Positions 1-7,113 are shown, numbered from the stretch's first letter. The stretch is DNA of 16,368 nt from Bdellovibrionia bacterium (GCA_049424145.1 JBMSSC010000058.1:1-16368), one strand, 5' to 3'. Notes: generated from the sequence alone by a model not told the origin. Program-made: numbers and translations.

Positions 1-214
1 CCACAAATGCGTCGCCTGCATTATTGCCCTTGCCGGCTAAGACGAGGATTTCCGTCTCTCTGCCTGCCCTCGGGTAGCGCTCCAAAATAATTTGCGTGGC
101 TGCTCGACCTGCGTTCTCCATGAGGAGGGTCGCGTCAATGCCGTATTCTTGTTCTGCGATTTGATCGAGATTTCTCATTTCGGCGCTGGAGCAGATTCTC
201 ATGGGCGTTTGCAT
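1..214 (-). CDS. nnr: NAD(P)H-hydrate epimerase (YjeF N-terminal domain; possibly bifunctional Nnr), 5' part only, runs off window
   Basis: Hand translation of the minus strand from ATG at 214: MQTPMRICSSAEMRNLDQIAEQEYGIDATLLMENAGRAATQIILERYPRAGRETEILVLAGKGNNAGDAFV. Contains the YjeF_N motifs 'M..LD', 'LMENAG' and 'GKGNNxGD'. AGGAGG Shine-Dalgarno at 225-230 (minus strand). Not in the ORF track because it is truncated. Confidence 0.92.
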   Translation of the reverse strand, partial: MQTPMRICSSAEMRNLDQIAEQEYGIDATLLMENAGRAATQIILERYPRAGRETEILVLAGKGNNAGDAFV

Positions 215-505
215 GGGCCAAGTTCCTCCTGTGCTCAAATTCTTCTGGTATTGGATTCCTCTTTTTTCTAGAGGACACTCCTGCTTGGGGTTTCACACGA
301 CCCGGGGGAAGTTGGCGAATGAAGGGTCAGTCGAGCGTGCGACACCTCTTCAATACTACGCTAATCTGGCCTCAAAGCGTATCCCTATTTTTGCGGAAAA
401 CCGCGATTCTTCGAATTGTCGTTGCCCAGATTAGTAGTTGACGTGTAAGATAGGGCATGATAACCCCATGATTCAGTACGCGAGAGGAAAAGGGAGAAAA
501 AAAAG

Positions 506-1021
506 ATGCGCTTAACCTCAAAGGGACGGTATGCAGTTCGAGCGATTTTGGACCTCACATTTAATTCCAACGGACGGCCCGTTCGACTTCAAGAAATTTC
601 AGAACGACAAAAGATTTCACTTCATTACTTAGAGCAATTATTTCGCCGCTTAAGAAAAGGGTTGGTGGTGAAAAGTGTACGTGGACCGGGCGGAGGCTAC
701 GTGTTAGCCCGCTCGATGGATGAGATCTCCATTCGCGATGTGCTGACCAGTGTGGGCGAAAACATCAATCCTGCTCGGGACTTAATTGGTACCGGGGATG
801 TGAAAAGCGATACGGTTGAGTTTATTTTAACTAAAACTTACTTTGAGAACCTAGGGACCCTCATGCAGGAGTACCTCACTTCTACCTCTGTTGGAGACTT
901 GGTTCGTAAAGCACGAGGCACCCAGGAGCTTCCTAAAACTCCAGCCGCCTTGTTGGATATCGGTGGGTTAACCCCTCCAGGCCTCCAGCCCAATGTCGGA
1001 AAAGGTCGCGAGTTATCTTGA
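506..1021 (+). CDS. Rrf2-family transcriptional regulator, IscR-like DNA-binding domain, no cysteines
   Basis: N-terminus MRLTSKGRYAV...ISERQKISLHYLEQLF.RLRK...SVRGPGGGY closely follows the IscR winged helix. GGAG SD at 493-496. Directly upstream of a cysteine desulfurase. Fe-S ligands are absent, so the symbol iscR is not assigned. Confidence 0.93.
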   Translation: MRLTSKGRYAVRAILDLTFNSNGRPVRLQEISERQKISLHYLEQLFRRLRKGLVVKSVRGPGGGYVLARSMDEISIRDVLTSVGENINPARDLIGTGDVKSDTVEFILTKTYFENLGTLMQEYLTSTSVGDLVRKARGTQELPKTPAALLDIGGLTPPGLQPNVGKGRELS

Positions 1022-2168
1022 TTCAAATGCAGGGGCGCCTCTTCATCCAGCTGTGGTGGAGGCGCTTTCTCATTTCTTAAAGCGTCCATCAATCTATTTC
1101 GGAAACCCCTCTAGCCCTCATTCTGTGGGCCGAGCTTCGAAGAAAATTCTAGCCCAAGCGCAAGAGAAGGTAGCAACTTCCTTAGGCTTGTCATCGTCTT
1201 TTGGGCAGGTGTCTGGACAATTCTGTTTCACGTCCTCAGGAACGGAAGCCAATCAAACCATCATTCGCTCGGTCTTTGAGCCCTTATTGGAGCAGGGAAA
1301 AAAGCCTCATTGGATTCTAACTCAAGCGGAGCACCCCTCGGTGGTGAAGATGGTCCGTTGGCTCACGTCGCAAGGAGGGGAGGTGAGTTTTTTATCCCTC
1401 GATGAGAGGGGACAGCCGCAGGTGGATCAATTAGAAGATGAGATTCGATCTGAGACGGCTTTAATGAGCCTGATTTGGGTGCATAATGAGACGGGCGTGA
1501 TTACGGATGTGGCCAAAGCCTCAGCCATCGCCGAGCGAAGAGGGCTCCCTCTGCATTTGGATGGAGCTCAGGCCTGGGGGAAGATTTCCCTCGATCTTTC
1601 TCAATGCGGAGCCGATTGGGTGAGCTTTTCCGGGCACAAGATCGGTGCTCTGGCTGGGGTGGGCGTCCTTTGGGCCAGGCAGGGAAAAAAAATCAGATCC
1701 CCCCTTTTTGGCACGGGCTGGGGTGGGCGTGGCGGTACAGAGAACCTCCTTGGGATCTTGAGCCTGGGGGAAGCTGCTCAAGCCTTGTGTCCCACTCAGT
1801 GGAGCAAGCAGGTCACTCCCCTGCGAGATCAACTGGAGGCCTGGGTGATGAGTCAAATCGATGGGGTGATGATCAATGGCCAGGGGGCCCCTCGAGTAGG
1901 AAATACCTCGAGCTTGAGCTTTCATGGGATTGAAAAAGAAGGACTGGTCATGGCGCTCGATCTAGCCGGTTTTTGTGTGAGCTCGGGGGCTGCCTGCCAG
2001 ACGGGCGTGGCTGAGCCCTCAGCCACGCTGCTTGCCCTGGGGAGAACTCCAGGACAAGCCAAGGGCTCGATTCGAGTTTCTTTGTCTGCATGCACCTCGG
2101 AGCAGGAGATGAGTCGATTTGCTCAAGCTCTTCAGAGGACGGTCGAGAGGGTTCGGAGGTTACAATGA
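993..2168 (+). CDS. iscS: Cysteine desulfurase, group I (IscS/NifS family), PLP-dependent
   Basis: Motifs YLD, GNPSS.H, FTSSGTEAN, EHPSV, HNETG, HLDGAQ, SGHK (PLP lysine), RGGTEN, VSSGAAC (catalytic Cys loop) and IRVS. Confidence 0.93.
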   Translation: MSEKVASYLDSNAGAPLHPAVVEALSHFLKRPSIYFGNPSSPHSVGRASKKILAQAQEKVATSLGLSSSFGQVSGQFCFTSSGTEANQTIIRSVFEPLLEQGKKPHWILTQAEHPSVVKMVRWLTSQGGEVSFLSLDERGQPQVDQLEDEIRSETALMSLIWVHNETGVITDVAKASAIAERRGLPLHLDGAQAWGKISLDLSQCGADWVSFSGHKIGALAGVGVLWARQGKKIRSPLFGTGWGGRGGTENLLGILSLGEAAQALCPTQWSKQVTPLRDQLEAWVMSQIDGVMINGQGAPRVGNTSSLSFHGIEKEGLVMALDLAGFCVSSGAACQTGVAEPSATLLALGRTPGQAKGSIRVSLSACTSEQEMSRFAQALQRTVERVRRLQ

Positions 2169-2199
2169 AGAACGGTTCATTTTTAGAAAGAGGCGGTTC

Positions 2200-3303
2200 T
2201 TGACCAACATCGGGGTGAAACAAAAAGTCTTAGTGGGAATCAGTGGGGGACTCTCCAGCGCTCTCACTGCCGCGTTACTGAAGACTCAAGGGTATGCAGT
2301 CGAAGGGGCCTTCATTGATTTGTCTTCAGAGCTGGTGCAGGGCTTTAAAAGCCGCTGTAGGGAGGGGTCGAAGGCCCAGGGCCTCGAGTTGGCGCAGAGG
2401 CTTTCGGAAAAAATCGGCATCCCACTTCATGTCATCGATGCATCGGCTTTATTTGAGGCCCAGGTGATGGATCCCTCGGTTCATCGCGCGCTCATGAACC
2501 AAACGTTTAACCCGTGCCTGGCTTGCACGCGCGATGTGAAGATTCGTCTTCTTTTTGAAAAAGCCGAGGAGTCTGGGATTCAGTGGATTGCTACAGGGCA
2601 TTTTGCTCAAACGTCAACGGATCCTGTTACGGGTCAAGTGAGTCTGCTCAAGGCCTTGGATCCAAGCTTAGATGAGAGCTATTTTTTGTCCTCCTTAGGA
2701 ACTCAGCAGGTGAGTCGGCTTCTGCTGCCTTTAGGGGGGTTGAGTAAAAAGATGATTGAAAAAATCGCTGAAAAGTCTGAAGTCTCTCAAGTCCTCAAAG
2801 GCGAGCGTGGATTTCGTGGGTTTCGTGGTTTTGATGATGAGTCGATTTTTGCTCAGACAAAAACCTGCTTTGTCGAGGAGCCTGAGTTCCTCGCCTTTAT
2901 GGAAAAGCGCGTGGCTCCCTCGCTCAGTCATCTGCGAGTGATTAAAAAAGCGATGCAGAAGTCGGAGAGTGAAATTTTTGACTCAGCGTCGGGTTTTCAA
3001 TCGCGTGGCGGTTCCATGGAGGTTCAGTCCCAAGAACACGTGTTGAGCGTCGTTCAGGTGAGTTGGGTTCGCCCGATGAATCAGTTGAAGGGCTTTCAAG
3101 GGAGTGTCAAGTTTGCTCCCGATCAACCTGAGTTTCCCGGCGTTTTTACTTGCTTTGAGAACCACACCGTGCAAGTCCGAATCTCTGAGAAACCTGGAGA
3201 TTTACTTCCCGGGATGGCCGTCGCTTTCTATCAGGGACAAGAGGTGTTAGGAGCAGGGATCTTAGATCGGATGAAGGATCCCCTAGGAGCAGCCAGGCGG
3301 TGA
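2200..3303 (+). CDS. MnmA/TrmU-like tRNA 2-thiouridylase homologue with degenerate motifs
   Basis: MnmA fold recognisable throughout: KVLVGISGG, LLKTQGY.VEG, NPCLAC, IATGH, D.SYFL, PLG.L.K, CF, and C-terminal PG..VAFY.G.EVLGAG.I. Start moved from 2119 to TTG 2200 (AAAGAGG SD at 2187-2193); GTG 2215 is an alternative. Several catalytic and tRNA-binding residues are substituted. Confidence 0.85.
   Translation: MTNIGVKQKVLVGISGGLSSALTAALLKTQGYAVEGAFIDLSSELVQGFKSRCREGSKAQGLELAQRLSEKIGIPLHVIDASALFEAQVMDPSVHRALMNQTFNPCLACTRDVKIRLLFEKAEESGIQWIATGHFAQTSTDPVTGQVSLLKALDPSLDESYFLSSLGTQQVSRLLLPLGGLSKKMIEKIAEKSEVSQVLKGERGFRGFRGFDDESIFAQTKTCFVEEPEFLAFMEKRVAPSLSHLRVIKKAMQKSESEIFDSASGFQSRGGSMEVQSQEHVLSVVQVSWVRPMNQLKGFQGSVKFAPDQPEFPGVFTCFENHTVQVRISEKPGDLLPGMAVAFYQGQEVLGAGILDRMKDPLGAARR
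2806..2832 (+). repeat. In-frame 9-bp tandem repeat x3 (cgtggNttt) encoding RGF-RGF-RGF
   Basis: cgtggattt cgtgggttt cgtggtttt, differing only at the Gly wobble position. Confidence 0.85.
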
Positions 3304-3473
3304 TTGGTGTTTTGGGTTCTGAAGGCGTCTTTTGGCTGAGAATCAAAGGCAGAGTTGTGATGAGCGCGTCTCCGATCCGTAAGGGTCGATCCAGGCGGAT
3401 TCTGATTCAGTTGACGAGCGTGATACCAAGTGAGGGGCATGGTGTGCCTGAGTTGAGAAAGGGTTGTTTTTAA
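3300..3473 (+). CDS. Putative 57-aa small basic protein between mnmA-like gene and mtaB
   Basis: GTG 3300 overlaps the upstream TGA (GTGA). AGGAG at 3285-3289. Frame is open to TAA 3471-3473, 1 nt before the mtaB GTG. Translation: MIGVLGSEGVFWLRIKGRVVMSASPIRKGRSRRILIQLTSVIPSEGHGVPELRKGCF. No recognisable family. Confidence 0.45.
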   Translation: MIGVLGSEGVFWLRIKGRVVMSASPIRKGRSRRILIQLTSVIPSEGHGVPELRKGCF

Positions 3474-3474
3474 A

Positions 3475-5025
3475 GTGAGTCGTTCGAAGTACATTCTGAA
3501 AACCTTAGGCTGTAAGGCCAATCTTTACGATAGTCAGGTGTTGGAAAAAGAACTCAAGGAGCGGGGTTGGGCTCCAGAGAATTCTTCTCCCTTAGCTCGC
3601 GATGGGGGAGCAGACCTGGTGATCATTAATAGTTGCACCGTGACGAATGAGGCGGATCGGCAGACTCGAAAGTTAGCCTCTCAGCTGGCACGAGAGAATC
3701 CCCAAGCCTCAGTTGTGGTGACGGGATGTGGGGCTGAGGTGGATCCTCAGGGTTTGCTCCAAGTCCCAGGCGTTCAGTGGGTGGTGGGAAATCAAGATAA
3801 GACCCGATTGGTGGATTTGGTTCAGTCTAAAATAGATTCGCATATCCTTAACACTTCTCCCAGTCATCCTGAAATCCTAGGCGGGGTCCAAAACTACTCG
3901 GAGATTCTCTCTCGGCATCCCATGGATCGCCCTTGGCCTTCGGCCGTCGAGTCTTTTTCACCGCCTCCGACTTATTCGACTCAGTCGGATCACGGCTTTG
4001 TCGATAAGACTCGAGCCTTTGTAAAAATCCAAGAAGGATGTAACTCTTTTTGTACTTACTGCATCATTCCCTATGGACGAGGTCCTTCTCGAAGCCTCGA
4101 TCCCGATCGATTGATTCAGCAAATTCAAAACCTGGTGGATCAAGGAGTAAAAGAAGTCATCCTCACGGGAACGAATCTGGGAGATTATGGATCTTCTGAA
4201 GCAGGGATAACTCAAGGAACTGAGTCACTCGCATCCAATAAAACTGAAAAACTTTTAAAACTCATTGAAGCCATCTTGGAGAAAACACCGCTAGCTCGTC
4301 TTCGTTTAAGCTCGCTTGACCCAGGGGAGATCACCTCAGAGCTTACGGACTTTATGGCTGAAAATCCAAGGCTCTGTCCCCATTTTCATGTTTCTCTTCA
4401 AAGTCCTCACAGTCGAATCTTAAAGCTCATGAAACGAAACTATCGCTTTGAGGAGGTGGAGGAGTGCTTATTGAGAATCTCAAAGATTCCTGCCCCGGTG
4501 GGAGGAGTCTTTGTCGGGATGGACGTGATTACGGGCTTTCCTGGAGAAACGAAAGAAGAGTTTGATTGGACTCTGAAAGCTTTGGAGTCTCTGCCCTGGA
4601 GTAGGCTCCATGTGTTTCCCTACAGTGAAAGAAACGGTACGCCAGCCACACGTCTCCCACACCCTGTGCGACCTGAGGAGAGAGTGCGTCGAGCTCGAGC
4701 CCTCAATGAGCTGAGCCTCGAGCGCCAAAAGCAAAATGCAAAAACCATCATTGCTCACTGTCAAGCTCACGGGCTGCAATTGGAGAATATCTTGATGGAA
4801 AAGCCAAGCTTAGGATCCAGTGAAACGCAGGGGCAGACTCGTAAAGTTTGGGTTTCTGGCCTAACACCGAATTACCTTCGAGTTTTGGTGCAGGGCCAAA
4901 AGATTCCTCAACGAAATCAACTCGTGTCTGCTCAACCCATCGATCTGATGATTGACTCTAAGGCCAAGGATGTGGCGTTCGTGGTGGATCAATTAGCGGA
5001 GACTGAACCAGCGGATCGTCTCTAA
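3475..5025 (+). CDS. mtaB: tRNA t6A37 methylthiotransferase (radical SAM MTTase, MtaB family)
   Basis: N-terminal cluster Cys in TLGCKAN.YDS, INSCTVT and VTGC. Radical SAM motif KIQEGCNSFCTYCIIP. Also RLRLSSLDP, HFHVSLQS, DVITGFPGET, LHVFPYSER.GTPA and C-terminal GLTPNYLRV typical of MtaB. Confidence 0.92.
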   Translation: MSRSKYILKTLGCKANLYDSQVLEKELKERGWAPENSSPLARDGGADLVIINSCTVTNEADRQTRKLASQLARENPQASVVVTGCGAEVDPQGLLQVPGVQWVVGNQDKTRLVDLVQSKIDSHILNTSPSHPEILGGVQNYSEILSRHPMDRPWPSAVESFSPPPTYSTQSDHGFVDKTRAFVKIQEGCNSFCTYCIIPYGRGPSRSLDPDRLIQQIQNLVDQGVKEVILTGTNLGDYGSSEAGITQGTESLASNKTEKLLKLIEAILEKTPLARLRLSSLDPGEITSELTDFMAENPRLCPHFHVSLQSPHSRILKLMKRNYRFEEVEECLLRISKIPAPVGGVFVGMDVITGFPGETKEEFDWTLKALESLPWSRLHVFPYSERNGTPATRLPHPVRPEERVRRARALNELSLERQKQNAKTIIAHCQAHGLQLENILMEKPSLGSSETQGQTRKVWVSGLTPNYLRVLVQGQKIPQRNQLVSAQPIDLMIDSKAKDVAFVVDQLAETEPADRL

Positions 5026-7083
5026 ATTGCCTTGATGGGTTTGTTGGGTTGCTCCCTCAATTTTTGCTGTGATCTGAAAGTGCTTGAGGGATTTTGGGAT
5101 TTGTACTTTCCAGACGAAGGCTTGGGTTTCCCCGGAGTCTAATGGACTGATGGCGAGGGGCTCTCCTAATTCGATGAGATGAGGTGACATGCCATCGTTT
5201 TGGGAGTTCTGATTAAGAAACACTCGAACCCGTGCCTCGGATTCTTGCGATCGCGTGGCTCCATAGTTTTTCACTCGCAGCTCGAGAGTTCCCACTCCGT
5301 GTTTGCGGGTGAGGTGATGGACTGTCCAGTTTAAGTCTTCAGGAAAGATGGAGAGGTCCGCTCCTTGGGTTTGAATGCGATTCTCTCGTGGAATGGAGAG
5401 CGCATTCAGAGGCGAGATGGCTTGAATGTGATCCGCCGTCACCCGCCAGTTCTCAAGTCCCGTATCTTCGAGTCCGTCTAACGAGATGAAGCGTGGGAGG
5501 CGACGTTTGAGAAACTGTAAGGCTTCAATGAGTCCGCCTCCTGTGGCCATGCGGTAGGTGCGATTCAATTCAAGCGGTTGCCCTTGAACTCGAATAGCCG
5601 CAACTGGTGGGATTCGCTGGGTAGAGAACTCGGGTTCGGATTGACTGCCTAAAACAAAGACTTGAGTCAGTGGCGTCATGGGAGGTTGAGGATCTTCAGA
5701 AGAGAGGAGGTCGAATTCGGTTTCCGATTTGGACCATGAAAAAATGGGATCATAAATGAGGCTTAAGCCTGAGGTATTGAGGAGTCCTAGGGTTCCTAGC
5801 CGGTGGGTAGAAAAGAAGAACGAGAGAATCCACTTCAAAGTGCGCCCGGAGAGGGGGAGGAGCTTAACGCTCCACGATTTTTGAGAGACGGGGTTATAGA
5901 CTGCTGGATTCATCTGAAAGATATCGGAACGAGTGATTTCTCCCTCATGGAGTCCTCCGTAGATGAACTGGGTACTCTCCATTGCAAAATCAGCATGCGT
6001 GGACTGAAGGTAGGCGTCGGTGACGAGGTTTCCAATGGAGTTGTTCTGTCCCAGACGAGCAAGCTCCACTTGACTCTCACCAATGCGCTCGGAGAACAAG
6101 GGGCCTAGACGTCCTTCAATGCGTTGCTCCAGATCGAAGACTCGTTGAGCAATTTGGGGGTCTTCAGGAATGCTCCCATCAATGGGCAGAAGTCGATAGC
6201 TCTGCAGGCGAGCGGTTCCTCCTTCGACCGTAAGATCCACTTTTCCTAAGTACCGTCCCCAGGAGCCTGCTTCAACCAACCAGGCAAGGCGTCCATTCGA
6301 ACGCCTGACTTCGATGGGTTCGGTGAGCTTCACATGATCATGGGCACCAATGATCAAATCCACCTCATGAGACAGTCTTAAGATCTTCTCATTCACCCAG
6401 TTGGAGTTGTGAGAGAGAAGGACGATCACATCGGCTTGCCCCTCTTCTTTGAGACGCTTGGCCAGGTTTCGCGTGCTTAGAAAAGGCTCTCGGATTTGAA
6501 TGGGAGCAAAGAACGAATCAAAAACGAACTCATAAGTGGAGAGCCCAATGAAGGCGATCTTGATGCCTTGGAGTTCTTGAATGAAGTAGGGTTGGACGTG
6601 GGCTCTAAATTCGTCTTTTCGAGGGTAGTCGTCTAGTTTGAGATTTTCAGAGAGAAATTTCACCTTGGAGTGGGCCTGCTCCAGGGTGTCCAGTAGAATA
6701 TCCGGGCCGTTGATCCAGTCGTGATTCCCAATGACCGCAGCATCATATCCAATCTCATTCATCATTTGGATGCTTTGGAGTCCACAGCTCTCCGTGTAGT
6801 AGAGGTCCCCTTCGGACCAATCCCCTCCATCAAGCAAAAGTGTTGAGGGGTTTTGCCGTTTCAAACGATCCACTAAGGTCTTCAGTCGAGCCACCCCACC
6901 TAATTGAAGCGGACTTTTATCGGGACGAAAATGAGAGTGAAGGTCATTGGTGTGAAGAAGGGTAATGGTTTTGAGGGGCGAGGAGGACAAACGGGAACGA
7001 GAGGCCTTGGCAGGCGAACTGAGTGCGGCCAAAATCATGAAGTAACCCACGAGTTTAACGAGAAAAGTCGTATTTTCCTTCAT
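4993..7083 (-). CDS. Exported metallophosphoesterase / 5'-nucleotidase family protein with C-terminal CARDB-like Ig domain
   Basis: Signal peptide ending AKA. Calcineurin-like motifs HTNDLHS, DGGD, GNHD, LSH and GAHDH; EAG.WG.YLG; 5'-nucleotidase C-domain IGNLVTDA. Tail ADLSI...LRVKNYG...ISPLDSGET...ITAKIE...N resembles CARDB. Start moved to ATG 7083 (GGGGGA upstream). Confidence 0.88.
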   Translation of the reverse strand: MKENTTFLVKLVGYFMILAALSSPAKASRSRLSSSPLKTITLLHTNDLHSHFRPDKSPLQLGGVARLKTLVDRLKRQNPSTLLLDGGDWSEGDLYYTESCGLQSIQMMNEIGYDAAVIGNHDWINGPDILLDTLEQAHSKVKFLSENLKLDDYPRKDEFRAHVQPYFIQELQGIKIAFIGLSTYEFVFDSFFAPIQIREPFLSTRNLAKRLKEEGQADVIVLLSHNSNWVNEKILRLSHEVDLIIGAHDHVKLTEPIEVRRSNGRLAWLVEAGSWGRYLGKVDLTVEGGTARLQSYRLLPIDGSIPEDPQIAQRVFDLEQRIEGRLGPLFSERIGESQVELARLGQNNSIGNLVTDAYLQSTHADFAMESTQFIYGGLHEGEITRSDIFQMNPAVYNPVSQKSWSVKLLPLSGRTLKWILSFFFSTHRLGTLGLLNTSGLSLIYDPIFSWSKSETEFDLLSSEDPQPPMTPLTQVFVLGSQSEPEFSTQRIPPVAAIRVQGQPLELNRTYRMATGGGLIEALQFLKRRLPRFISLDGLEDTGLENWRVTADHIQAISPLNALSIPRENRIQTQGADLSIFPEDLNWTVHHLTRKHGVGTLELRVKNYGATRSQESEARVRVFLNQNSQNDGMSPHLIELGEPLAISPLDSGETQAFVWKVQIPKSLKHFQITAKIEGATQQTHQGNLETIRWFSLR

Positions 7084-7113
7084 GGATCCCCCCGGCTTCA
7101 ATCATTCACTCCC

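Noticed and set aside
201..434. 77-aa + strand ORF (and 385..570 minus ORF)
   Set aside because: No recognisable motifs or SD; they overlap the starts of the well-supported nnr and Rrf2 genes on the opposite strand and cover the divergent promoter region.
2119..2199. N-terminal extension of the MnmA-like ORF as given in the track
   Set aside because: Overlaps iscS by 50 nt; MnmA homology starts at ~2215 and a good SD precedes TTG 2200.
2756..2941. ORF with KSLKSLKSLKS periodicity
   Set aside because: Alternate frame inside the MnmA-like gene; nucleotide periodicity is weak and no independent translation signal is evident.
2900..3050. Frameshift hiding the missing MnmA central domain
   Set aside because: I found no G.H.G or GQRxG motif in the other frames, and the main frame continues into the C-terminal domain.
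3231..3521. 96-aa minus-strand ORF across the mnmA-mtaB gap
   Set aside because: Overlaps both flanking genes antisense; the + strand 57-codon ORF fits the gap much better.
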